Shown: positions 47,580-61,148 of the stretch, piece after piece
Numbering within the stretch: position 1 is the stretch's first letter
Layout of the letters: every line of letters begins with the position of its first letter
From: the human T2T-CHM13v2.0 reference genome, Homo sapiens
Assembly (NCBI RefSeq): GCF_009914755.1
Contig: NC_060927.1
Direction: 5' to 3' (one strand)
Length of the DNA stretch: 64,000 nucleotides
Program-made: the position numbers and the translations under genes
The notes under the pieces: model-generated
Told to the model about the DNA's origin: nothing
Database searches by the model: none
The model's input: only the letters and a program-made list of their open reading frames with translations

Positions 47580-47948
47580 TCTAAAGTCCCCCAAGGTCGT
47601 CTTTTCTTCTTCCATTTATTGCATATGTCTGGGAATTCAGGCTTAAAGGCCATTACTCTGCTCAGACAGAATCCAAATTGGTAAAGCCTGATTTGGCAAA
47701 TACAAAAACTAAAATTTTAGTTTTAAGCTAGACCAAACTGGAGATGGCTATTTGAATTAAAGTGCAAAAAAAAAAAAACAAAAAACAAAAAAAAAACCAT
47801 ATTTTTGCAATTTTCCCCTTCAGAGCTTATTTCATTTTACTTAGACTCAGTGTTCAACAAATCTGCCAACCTGCAGAAAGAATCCTCTGTTTTTACAAAG
47901 TCACTCACTCCAGGATGACTAAGTAATGGGTCTTTCCTCTTGCAATAA

Positions 47949-48300
<352 letters not shown>

Positions 48301-48569
48301 ATCTAAAGCTCTTATAAAAAATAAGGTGTCTAGTGATAAGAAGTTTCTCCTGGGAGAGGTAACTTAAACATTTCCACCAGAGGGCACTATCCTCACTGAA
48401 GGTAATGAATACATTGTTCCTAATTTAAAACACTTTGCAATCTAACCAGCCCAAAATAAATCATTTTTATTCTAGAAAGCACTTATAAAGAACAGTTAAA
48501 TTGTCTTAAAATATAACATGCTATAGTTAAATAAAATATAAAATATTTTTTGCCATAAAAATAATGATA

Positions 48570-48780
48570 ATAAACATATATTTTAGCTTACTATGTGGCA
48601 ATCATAGTTCTAAGCACTTTGCATATATAAACTCGTAAGTTCCTCATATATTAATAATCCCCATTGTACATATGATGAAATCAAAGCACAGACAAATAAC
48701 TTAAGGGTCACCAAACTAGTAACTACAGAGCCAGGATTCAAATTCTGGCAGTCAGACACCCAAGTCCATGTACCTAACCT
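48570..48780 (-). mobile_element. MIR (approximate)
   Basis: gttctaagcactttgcatatataaactc...agagccaggattcaaattctggcagtc. Confidence 0.7.
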
Positions 48781-49076
48781 ACAGAAACATACAGGGACCA
48801 AATACAAGATTTGTTTCTGAATGTAGTTAACTATGCCACTGATTATATCACGGCTCTAGAAATAAATAAAATTAGTTATAAAAGGTACTATTCTATCATC
48901 TGATAGTAATGCTATTAACTGTATTTTGACATCCTTTTCACATGTATATAAATGCCTTGCATTAAAGAAGACCTATCACTTTAGTTCACTTATTTGACAG
49001 CTACATTCCATTGAAAAGTACCAAAGTTCTAGATTTAAGAAGAAGGAAGAGTGGGAGGAGAAGAATCTGCTCTTTT

Positions 49077-49212
49077 CTTTTTCTAGTTTTTAAGAGTTGG
49101 GGGTCTCACTATGTTGCCCAGGCTGGCCTCAAACTCCTATGCCCAAGAGATCCTCCCACCTCAGAGCCTTCCAAGTAGCTGGGACTACAGGGATGCACCT
49201 CTACACCCAGCT
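49077..49212 (-). mobile_element. Alu monomer (FLAM_A-like)
   Basis: Monomer flanked by tctgctctttt direct repeats. Confidence 0.78.
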
Positions 49213-49523
49213 CTGCTCTTTTTATTTTTATATGTTTAAAGATATATAATAAAGACTATGAACCACAGGCAGAGTTATGGCTTGAAATGAAATAGTCTGA
49301 GTAAATCATTTATTATTCTGACTGTATTGAGACTCTCTAAATTAAGTCCTGGTCTTTGGAACTTACTTGGCATTCCAAGTTGTATTTCCATCCTTCAGAC
49401 ACATCTGTGATTCTCCATAAGCTAGAAACACACTTTGCAATGGGCAAATACACAAATATTGTTGGAAAAACCCCAGAATGTGCGTCTTGAGAAATTCACT
49501 GCCTTATTAGAAATCTGGAAACT

Positions 49524-49805
49524 GCTGGGTGCCGGGTCTCACGCCTGTAGTCCCAGCGCTTTGGGAGGCTGAGGCAAGCGGATCGCCAGGGGTCAGGAGT
49601 TCGGGACCAACTTGGCCAACATGGTGAAATCCCGTCTCTACTAAAAATACAAAAATTAGCTGGGCGTGATGATACATGCACATAGTCCCAGCTACTGGGG
49701 AAGCTGAGGCATGAGAATTGCTTGAACCAGGAGGCAGAGGTTGCAGTGAGCTGAGATCGTGCCACTGCACTCCAGCCCGGATGACAGGGTGAGCCTCTTT
49801 CTCAA

Positions 49806-49841
<36 letters not shown>

Positions 49842-49854
49842 AATTAAATAAAAA
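49524..49854 (+). mobile_element. Alu with (AAT)n tail
   Basis: 16-bp TSD tagaaatctggaaact. Confidence 0.95.
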
Positions 49855-51932
49855 TAGAAATCTGGAAACTAAGGTATTTTACTGAGCTACAGGTAAATTT
49901 GTTTCAGAATGTTCAGATTACAACTTCTTTAGATATACTTTACTAGTGCAATTGGACTTTGTGTGTGTGTGTGCATATGCATGCATGTATGCACATACAG
50001 GCAGACTCACATGTGCCTTCAATATCTAGTTCCAAGCATTCAAGCTTCTTTTAATTAGTCCACTTCCTACATATCGCACAAATTTTAAAAATTAAGGAGA
50101 ATGCATAAAAGAACATGACAAAGGATATCCACTCCAGTATTTGTATGCTAGCAACACACTAGTAACAACCTAAATATCTACCAGATAGGAGTTAGTTAAA
50201 TAAACTAATTATAGCATATTAATATAGTAGACTAATAGGCAAATTTTTAAAAGAATGAAGCAGCTCTATATGTATGGACAGGCAGGTGAAAAAAGCAAGA
50301 TACAGAACAGTGGTTATGATATGCTAACCTTAGTATGATTAAACATACACACACACACAACTAGAAACACTGGTTGGCTCCAGGAAACAAACTTGGGGAC
50401 TGAGGAAAGGGAGATTGGAGGAAGTGTTTGAATTTTTTTTTCTTTTCTTTTTTTTTTTTTTTTTTTTTTGTAAACTGGGTTCATGAAAGATTTTTTTCCG
50501 ATTATAATTGATTACAAAGTTAAAGTTAAAACTTTAATAATCAGTTTTTAGAATTTTCGATGAAAATTAAATGGTTAAACAAACTGTAAAAACCAGTCTA
50601 ATGCCACCTAATTTGGGGTCTCTTTACTACAGTGGCATCTGATTTCTACACGAGCTCCTGTATATTTGGGACAAAATAACTCACTGGAGGCTTTGGTTTA
50701 CCACTGCTGGTACCAGAACTGGTTGCATTTTCTTTGATCTGCCCTTTAGATAAGGAACTCCACAGAGGTTGTTCCATGTCATTTGCTTTTTGGAAACTGT
50801 ACATCTGCAAGCTTTAAAGCAGTAGGTTCAGACTTCCTGGAAGAACTGACACTTGAAGCTGACTAGGGTCTACTTGAGTTCATACTCACTTTGGCTAAGC
50901 CACAGTATGAGGGAAGGGTGTCCAGGAATAACGCTTCCATTTTTATCTTGTTCATTCCTGAAAATCCAACAGGAGATTCTTTTCACTCCCTAAAATTAAC
51001 TGTTCTGTGTATAAAGCATATCTGGATATCTGATCTTAAATGGAAATGTTATCTGAAAATGGCACCAACTTTTCTAAAACTTTAAAATTGGCCCTTTTTT
51101 ATTTTTAGCCCTGGGGGAGAAGGAAGGGAATGATTACCAAAAAAGCTGACTGGTTCCGTTGCTGCAGTGTATTAATTCACTGGTGATTATCTCTAGTGGG
51201 GATAATTTTAGCAGAAAATATTCTCTTCTCAAGTCTAAAATCGCACTTATTAAGTATTGTAAATGAAGTAAAAAGTGAGCCATATTATCCCACGGCAGGT
51301 ATGGGGAGAAGCCACCTGCAGGTTATGTAATGGTTAACTCCCTTCTAAAATCAGACTAGCCTGCTCTCCAGCTCTGCTCTCCACAAGCTGCAAGACTTTC
51401 GGAAAGTTTCTTCATGTATAAACTGGAGAGCCTGCTACTTTTTGCAGGGGTTTTGGAAGGCTTTCATAAGGTAAGGCATGGAAGCACTTGGCATGCTATC
51501 TGACACATGTTATGCAGCAATTATGAAAAAAAAAGGAAAAAAGGGAAATAAGGATAGGGATTTGAGACTAGAATTGTACCTGTAGGCAGTCGCCAGGAGC
51601 CAAAGTCACCCAAAGCGTGTATGTGTCCTACTTGCCTCAGGCTAGATGAAGACAGGAGGCCTAACTGATTTTTCTACCCCAATTAAGGCCATTGGAGGGA
51701 AGGTCAGAACTGTAGTTTAAAACTGAGGCAGCAGTATCATGAGTTGGTGGTAAAGAGACCAAGTAAAGAAGAAAAAGCCGGCAGAAGGGTAACACGGTAT
51801 TGCAGCCAAGAAGAAGGAGCAAACACCGTCTGGGTGCATGAAGAGACATAGAAACAGCCAGAACCACTTATGAGCCCCGCCACCCCTTGATTGAACACCA
51901 TTTCTTCAGCTTGGAGTCAAAGCTTGGGGCTC

Positions 51933-52080
51933 CACCAGGCACAGTGGTTCATGCCTGTTATCGCAGCACTTTGGGAGACTGAGGTGTTAGGATTGTTTGA
52001 GCCCACGAGTTCAACACCAGCCTGGGCAACAAAGGGAGACCCCAACTCTACAAAAAAAAAATATCTTTTTTAATTTTAAA
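51933..52080 (+). mobile_element. Alu left monomer (FLAM_C-like) next to an exon donor
   Basis: Monomer with A/T-rich tail; TSD aaagcttg(g/a)ggct at 51919-51931 and 52081-52093. Confidence 0.85.
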
Positions 52081-52096
52081 AAAGCTTGAGGCTTAC

Positions 52097-52233
52097 CGAG
52101 ATTTGGCTGGGATACTGCCATGGACCTCTGAGGCACTGGTGTGGAACTGACGGCAGGGTGGAGGTTCATATGATTCAGAGGCTGATTCATCGCCTTCCTA
52201 GGGTCTTGCCATGTGGTGATTTTTTCTATGTGA
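52097..52233 (-). CDS. WWTR1: WWTR1 coding exon (137 nt; HIEKITTWQDPRKAMNQPLNHMNLHPAVSSTPVPQRSMAVSQPNL), C-terminal half of the WW domain
   Basis: Acceptor tccttcttttag|T at 52234-52235, donor TCG|gtaagc at 52096. TTWQDP is the WW signature. Upstream coding exons lie beyond the window end. Confidence 0.97.
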
Positions 52234-53247
52234 CTAAAAGAAGGAAAACAATTAATTATCTTTTTAATTGTCAGCATCATTATCATCATCACCAACAACA
52301 GCATAATAGTTAATGACACTAATTCTTCCCTTAGGATCTGCTTGAGTGGTTGATAGATTGTGCTTGGTTTCATCCAAGGACATACTTGCCTATTTTTCCC
52401 TGCATCCTGGTTAGGCCACACTGGGGATTCTGCAAGCAGCTCTCTAAACACAAGCCCAAGACATCGCTGTCCAGACAGCCCTTGCATGCAGTGAGCCCCA
52501 GTGAACTTCCCCTCGGCCCGTGGAGCTTGTATTCCCCAGCACCTCAGTTGCTTCTCAGCCATCCAATCACTGGAGTGCCATAGTGTGAGCTCCTTCCTGG
52601 AAGGGGAGCCATGCTCACCTTCCCAGCCAGTACCCCATACTCTCCTGACTCATAGAATTGACATAATGAGGATCCCTTTGGCTGTCATCAAGCAAAAGAT
52701 GGGCCCATGAAACCAGCTTCTGAACACCACATTAGTGAGCTCTCACAGTAGGAGTGTAAGGTATTTCAAGGTCCCCAAAGGTGACACATAAAACCCTCAA
52801 GAAGCTCACTGTCACCAAGCAAGGTGACAATAGGGTAGCTGGAAGGCAGAGTATTAGAAAATAATAGTAGGAAAGTCAACTAGTGCCAGCTTATGGAGAA
52901 ACTTAGATATTGAGGCATGAAGGTTTACAAGGGAGAAGACATGATTACATGTTTGATCACATACAACTTCCAGTTTGTTACTGTGACTTAATCACAGAGA
53001 AACTAACCCAACATGAAACATGAGCTTCTGCTCAGAGTTTCCAGTACATTCTAAGAAAGGTGGACATGGCCTCCAGCTTTGCCTACCACCTTCCAAATCA
53101 CATTGCAGGTCACTCCTGGTACCTTAGAGACTCTGTCCCACTCCATCAAACTCTTCCTTTAGTGAAAGTTTGTGATATATATATATATATGATGAGTAGA
53201 TTCATCCCGTTCCTCTACTTTGTTTTATAAACAGTATCAGAAATCTT

Positions 53248-53572
<325 letters not shown>

Positions 53573-54029
53573 CAGTATCAGAGATCTTTCCATATCCATC
53601 AAAGACAACAAACATGATAGAAGAAACTGAATGTTAGCCCTTTGTTTTGGGCCTCACAACCAGGTGGGTCTCTTCCAGTCAGGCCCCCACCATTGACCTT
53701 CCTTAGACATACAACAAAAGGAGCATGATTGTTGTTTCTGTTAAACACACCTCACTTTTGAATAACAATGGCCTCCTTTGAATCTTTAAGGTAGGAAACC
53801 ACTTTTACTTTCGTTATGTTTAATCAGTCTAGAAACTTCCTTGCATTGAAGTTGTATTTGTCTTGTTTTCTTTTCAGTCTGTCTCCTCATTTTTAAATGC
53901 TTCCTCTGCTAAAATTGTTATTCAGATTTCTTAATGCAAGACTTGAAGGTATTGTCAAGGGGAACTCATCCATTGCCTTGCGTGAAAACTTGGGTCTAAA
54001 GGTCTAAGGTTTTAGAATAAATGTGATTA

Positions 54030-54421
<392 letters not shown>

Positions 54422-54426
54422 TTACA

Positions 54427-54438
54427 CTTTCAGTTTCA
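54427..54438. promoter_or_regulatory. ISRE/IRF motif CTTTCAGTTTCA
   Basis: Matches TTTCNNTTTC; motif only, no binding data. Confidence 0.45.
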
Positions 54439-54891
54439 CAATTGTAGTTCTGTTTAAAGCTTTCATAAAATCCATCAACTTCTGGGCAGGTGGAAACTCA
54501 TAGCCAGCCTCAGGCTTGTCACAGGCCTTCCAAGTGAGGAACTAATTGATGAGGATGTCAAAATTAAGTAACTCCCTTTAGCAAAATAATTAGACCTAAG
54601 AAATGCTTTGATTATTCCTTCAGAACTCATTCTATTAAAGCAGCATGTTTTCCAAGGCAGACATGTGCTACATAAATAGTTTTCACTCTGGTACCAGAAG
54701 GAAAAGAATCCTTCTCTCTTTCATAAACCTTTCTTAGACTCTCTGACATCATGGATATTGATGCTGTGCTAGAACCAACATCAGCACAGGCCCCGGTGAG
54801 ATGTGGAAATATACATCATTTGCTGGAAGATGTTCAAGGACACTTCCGTGGTCAGAATTTCAGCTACCAGCTCTAGGAATAATACAGGAGC

Positions 54892-54908
54892 TGGAATGAT
54901 GCATTCCT
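54892..54908. promoter_or_regulatory. Inverted pair of TEAD (MCAT) motifs TGGAATG-ATG-CATTCCT
   Basis: GGAATG at 54893-54898 and CATTCC at 54902-54907; motif only. Confidence 0.4.
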
Positions 54909-55132
54909 AAATGCTCGTCCCCCACTCTCCCCTCCCGTTCTGAACAAGTGGGCTGTGGCTCCTGAATGCGGCAAGAGCAGGAACATCTAGCATAGGAAGC
55001 CCAGCATCTGAAGTGGCAGATGAGCTCATCTTGCCCCAGGAGTGCCAGCACAGCTTGCCAGCCTAAATCCCCTGGGACAGAGTGTGGGGCCTTCTGGGTG
55101 GACCTCATCCTGACAGTTCTGACCGAGCTTAC

Positions 55133-55216
55133 CCATGGCTTGAAGTCCCAGCACTCCTGCAGTGCAGTGGGAGCCTCCACGGCCCACCCTTCAAACTCCA
55201 CACCCAGCCAACACAT
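55133..55216 (-). other. WWTR1: Candidate alternative first exon of WWTR1 (short cTAZ-like isoform); 5' end unknown
   Basis: Strong donor CCATGG|gtaagc at 55133/55132. The frame joining the 52233 exon is open from GTG (55203-55201) and TTG (55194-55192) with no in-frame ATG. The sequence is unique, not repeat-derived. Confidence 0.6.
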
Positions 55217-56128
55217 TTAAAGGAGTTTTGTTCCCAGTGGATTTGTTAATTAAAAGTGTCACTCACAGCATTCCCCAAAGGCTGGAGTACAAGAGGGAGC
55301 CTTTCTTAAGTGAGCAGTTCTCATTGCTCCAAAACAACTCTGAGAAGAAAGCCCAAATTCCTGGCTCTGCAGACCAGTCGACCTGACATCAGCTGTAAGG
55401 CTGCGCTAACATGGTGTCAAGAGTGGCTCCCAGGCTGAATGCAACAAGTAAGAGTGAGCTATTGCTCACAAGAGGCACTTAATACAGCCTTGATGATTTC
55501 ATCTGAAAACTAAATTCTCCTATTGTTCTAATCACTTAGTGCCTCAGGCTCCAGCTCCCCCTACTTCCCACCACTTCCCAAACCCAGGATACGCCATTCA
55601 CTCTTTCACTCTGCTGTCTCATCTCTGCTCCCTCTCTCAATGTTACTGAGTCATTTCCTTTCTCGTATTTCACAGTGTAATCTCAGTGTTTGCCAGGACC
55701 CACAATTTAGCTAGATTAATCCCCACTTCCCCGCTACTCCCACCTCCTTCCTGGCTTCACTCCCTTGCTTAGTCTACTTCAAGAAAAACTCTCTGCTGTT
55801 TTAAAAGTATAACTTCCCTTGGAAATGCACACACATATACAAATATATTTAACCTGCCTATATATGTGTATTGTATAAATACATACACTGTACAGGTTTC
55901 ATATTTGAAAATGGAACAAAAAAGGAAAAAGAAACATATCAAACTATTTATGGTGATATATGCAAATAACAGGCTCACTGGTAATTTTTTTTTTCTTATC
56001 TAAACTGCTTTGTACTTTCCAGATTTTTAGCAGTGATTATGTATTGTTTTCACAACCAGTAAAAACAAAAATACTAATGAAGGTACAAAAAGACAAAAAA
56101 GAAAATTGATGCATGAATACACAGGTCA

Positions 56129-56470
<342 letters not shown>

Positions 56471-57854
56471 TCAGGGGACAAATGGAATCAATCACCTGAT
56501 CCCATGCTGTTTATAAAGAAAAAGAATAGCAGTTCCTACGGGGAAGAAAAGCTTTTCTTGACAGTAAACATTTTTTTCCTCGACTTAAAAAAAAGAAAAA
56601 TCCTCTACAAGTGCTTCCCATGGAGAGCCCTGGTGGTATGTGGGGTTAACGGTACCTGTAACAAATATAAGCGGGAGTGGGCTTTTTCCCCTTCCTTCAA
56701 GAGCCCCTTGGACCACTACTTCCCAGACAGCCTCCTTCTCTCAGTCCCAGAAAGACCAACCAATTCCTGGCCTCCAATTACATTATGAGTCTCTGCTTAG
56801 AGAACTGCCCAGGTTGGACAAAAGCATGGAGTTTGCTAAGGGGCAAGAAAGGTCACCACGTCTCTGAGAAGATATTTGGCTGGAAATGGTAGGTTATGAA
56901 AAACCATGTCGTGTGAAATCAGTTTTCCCTCATGGATTAATATTTTCCTCCAGAAAGACGCAAATGTAGAAAGCCATTTTATTTAACAGGTAAATTGTGT
57001 GTTTGGGGTTAAAATGTTTTGAAATTGGTGGGGTGGCACTCCCACCCTCCAAGTCACCCTCCCCTCAGACTGGCCTCCCCATCAGCCTGCGGAGGGGGTG
57101 TTAACTTTGCTCCAGTTTCCTCCTCTCAAGCCACTGCTACCTCCTTCTACCTCCTTCATGACCTTTCACCTTGATGAGGGCAATGGCCTCTGGGCTTCCC
57201 TTCTGCCAATCTTTCTGGTTTTCCTCCCTTCCTCCTTCCCTCCCCCCACCCTCTCTGCCTGACAATCCATTCACTATCTCACCTCCAGGCACATATCCCA
57301 AGGACACCTGGTATCCAAGTCCCCCTGGGTCACCATGGCCCATGAAATAACAGCACAACTCACATAGGCATCTCCCAGACACAGCAGCCTACTGCCAGAC
57401 TCTGTGGGCTCTGCAAAGACCACACGCAGTTGTGGAGTCACATATACCTGGGTGCCCGGGTTTAATATTAGCTCTGACCCTGTGTGATCTAATTGGATAT
57501 CCTAGTCACACTACCCATATGCATGAGACAGGGGTAAAAAAGCTAACAATATACTGGTTCCTCACTGTGAGGATAAAGCAGGTCTGTTCTGGGAATATTA
57601 TGACCACCAAAGTCACTTACAGATTTCATGGCCAGTTCTCCTGGCTTCCCAAACTCACTCAGCAGTGAGTGCAGAGAAGGCAGCTCTGGCCTTCCAAGGT
57701 TGGCAACACTTGGTTCAAGTTTTTTCAACAACCATAGATCGTATACCTATTATGCATGATGGGTGATGTACTGGTTAGGTGTAAAAATCAAAAACATTGT
57801 GCAAACATAGTAAAGGCAAAGATAAAAATCTTATCTGTAAAAATAGAATAATCA

Positions 57855-58135
<281 letters not shown>

Positions 58136-58766
58136 AGAATCCTCCAGCTTCTTACCACCCAGGAAAAGGCCTGGTGTTTTTGGATGAATTTACCCACACT
58201 AACTTTATGATGAAGGAAGCCGTATAACAAGGACTTTCTGAAATAGAGAATCCCATGTAATGTATTTTGTATTGCTGGAAGCATACAAAGATATAAAAAT
58301 AGGAATGATTACAAGTGCTTCATTTTGAAAGAATTTAAAACTATTAGCAGCATGTTGCTTATTTCTATGGGCAAAGATTTTGTCTTCAAACATAAGTGTT
58401 TTGTCTTTTTTCTGCCCACCATTTATTTAATAAATGAGAGTTTCATACAGTGTCAGACATCAGGGCTCCCCTCCATCAGCAGAGTGGTTAGGACGGGACC
58501 TGGAAGCAGCCTCCAAACTGCCTCTTCTTTTGCCACAACCTAGCTGAGCAGTTAAAGAGAACCACACCAATGAGATGAGAATTTAAAGACAGCCTGGGGT
58601 CATAAAACCAAGGCAGACTGGTTTAAAACTCAATCATACTCACTGCTCCCTGTCTTCATCCCCTCAGTGAAATTCCTCTGTAGCCTCTGTCCTTACTACC
58701 TCCTTTTTTCTCTTCCAGTAGAATACAAGCTCTTCCAGAAGAAATATATATTCCACAGATAATGCT

Positions 58767-58905
58767 AGCCAGGTGTGGTGGCTCACACCTGTAATCTTAG
58801 CACTTTGGGAGGCTGAGGCGGGAGGACTGCTTGAGCCCCAGAGTTGGAGACCAGCTTGGGCAACATAAAAAGACCCTAGCTCTTAAAAAACAAAAAAGAA
58901 AAAAA
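58767..58905 (+). mobile_element. Alu left monomer (FLAM-like)
   Basis: Left arm plus A tail. Confidence 0.82.
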
Positions 58906-59135
58906 GCTGCCAAGCCTATGATATTTACAATCCCCATTTAAGTATAAGCAAACTGTCTTATTTCAGAAAATCAGATTTTTAAAACTTTTTTGATTTACTA
59001 GGCCAATTCACCATCCTCTTAATGTTAAAACAAATGTACATACTGAAGACAATTAGCTTAAAATTTGCTAAATGAAACAGCTTTGCAACTTGCTTCTTGT
59101 GACTCAGTCCAATTAGACCCACTAGTGTTAAAAAT

Positions 59136-59147
59136 GGAAACTGAAAC
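59136..59147 (+). promoter_or_regulatory. ISRE motif GGAAACTGAAAC, with AP-1 TGACTCA at 59100-59106
   Basis: Near-perfect GAAANNGAAAC; motif only. Confidence 0.45.
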
Positions 59148-59640
59148 AGATTTGGATGAGGTTGATAAATTCCCAGATAGGGCCTGCCAAGTAAATCTGA
59201 CCCACTGTCAGTAGACAACAAATGCTATGCCAATTTTTAATCCTGTACCAGATGGCAAGGAGTCTTGCCGAAGACTTATATTAAACTTTTAAAATTTTCC
59301 TCAACTGGAATTAGAATACAAGTATGCAAAAGGTGGTTTACTTTCTCGTTGTATGTTGGGGATAAATACTGTTTGCATTTAAATCAAATTAAACATTCTA
59401 TTAGTGTGATCTTATTTAGATTTCAAGACCTAGGAAATGACATATATCTTACTCATATCTTACATTTCTTTTAGTAGTACCTTTTGTTTTGCCAACGGTA
59501 CTTAGCTCTGCTAACCAACACCAGAGATGAGTCTTAACCACAAGAACAAAGACAGGGGTGGTATGCACACTTACTAATTCTCCCAGGCCCAGATGCACAC
59601 TTTCTCCAGGTAGTCCCTCTGCTGTCACCTAAAACCACAA

Positions 59641-59781
59641 TGCAATGGGAGCTGAGCACAGTGGAAGCCCATTGCAGTGGGAGCCCATTGCAGGAGAAAC
59701 CCCAGGGAGCTCATCACAGAAGGGAGGCCACATCACAGAGGGAGCCCATGACAGTAGAAGCCCCATCGCAGTGGATGCTCA
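59641..59781. repeat. Degenerate ~16-bp minisatellite (consensus about CAGTGGGAGCCCATTG), 8-9 units
   Basis: Units start at 59643, 59659, 59675, 59703, 59717, 59736, 59752 and 59769. Confidence 0.75.
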
Positions 59782-59843
59782 GCTCACCACCCACATCTAA
59801 ACTAGCAACCCGACCTGATCATGTTTGTAATACTAAGATTAGG

Positions 59844-60147
59844 TTTTTTGTTTGTTTGTTTGTTTTTGAGACGGAGTTTCGCTCTTGTCACCCAGGCTGG
59901 AGTGCAATGGTGCGATCTCAGCTCCCTGCAGCCTCTGCCTTCCGGTTCAGGCAATTCTCCTCCTTTAGCCTCCCAAGTAGCTGGGATTATAGGCGTGTGC
60001 CACCACACCTGGCTAACTTTTGTATTTTTAGTAGAGATGGGGTTTCACCATATTGGCCAGGCTGATCTAAACTCTTGACCTCAGGCCATCCACCCGCCTC
60101 AGGCTCCCAAAGTGCTGGGATTATAGGCGTGAGCCACCGCGCCTGGC
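59844..60147 (-). mobile_element. Alu
   Basis: TSD aata(c/t)taagattag. Confidence 0.94.
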
Positions 60148-61148
60148 GACAATATTAAGATTAGTAGCCATCCAGTACATTGATCTCCTCTGCTTAACGT
60201 TATCAGTCTATTTGCATAATGTGGAGTCGGCTTTTGAACTTCGATATGTTGACAATCAGAAATAAAGTAATAGCTCTTCACATGGTTGAAGAGATACATA
60301 GCTTAGGTTTTACTGTATTTCTAGAAACCCTAATCAATCTTCCTCCCACGTTGTCATTCTTTCTACCACCCTAATTAATAATTCTTTGTCCCAAGGCAGC
60401 TTTTAAAACACTATTATTGGTTATAATGATTCTTCCATTCTGCCCAAATCCTAAACGGCACCATCTCCTGCTATTTTTAATGCATCAGAATAGAAGATAC
60501 AAAGAGGTAAAAGTCAAGCTGCCAATGTGCACAGCTGACACATCTATTAGCAAAGCATTCAGAGTTTAAACCCCAAAGCTATTAAAAAAAAAAAAAGACT
60601 CATGCCATATAATAAAGGTGACTCTTCACACAGCAGAAATGTGTTAGATGAGAAAGTTCATCCTTCTTTGAAACCACAAAGAATTTATAGTTGAAAGTTT
60701 CCGGTCAGATTTTCACTTAAGCAGCTCATCAAACATAGCTGCAGTCTATGACACAGAAATAATAACTGATATATAAATAGGGGATTTTTTTAGGATCCTC
60801 TAATAAAAGATGATACAAGACCAGAGAAGTTATTTCAGTGTATGGTTCCGGTCTCTACCATTCACTTGCCAATTCAAAAAATTTCAGCATTCTCTGGAAT
60901 TCTGAATGAATGGCAGGGATTGTATTTTTAACTACCAGGCTCTAATCCTCGACTTCCCTCACAGACTTGCCAAGAAGTTTCCACTTGTTTAAGTTAGCAG
61001 CAGTAGGCACAGCAGCCATGTGAAAGGTCTCCTAGTGCCTCTGCCCTGGCCAGCTGTGGTGATCCATCTCCCTCACGTCCTTCCCACTGAGCACCACCGA
61101 CTTTTCTGCAGACTCATTCTGTCTGAACCTACTCAGTCAGGCAGAAGC

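Noticed and set aside
52011-52562. 183-aa ORF as a single-exon protein
   Set aside because: Only 52097-52233 is bounded by splice sites and TAZ-like; the flanks are intron and FLAM.
54860-55216. 118-aa ORF MCWLGVEF... as a standalone gene
   Set aside because: It runs through a strong splice donor at 55132 and has no recognisable homology. It is better read as an out-of-frame uORF of the candidate exon.
59641-59781. CRISPR-like array (palindromic repeats)
   Set aside because: Human intron; units are contiguous and degenerate with no unique spacers or cas genes.
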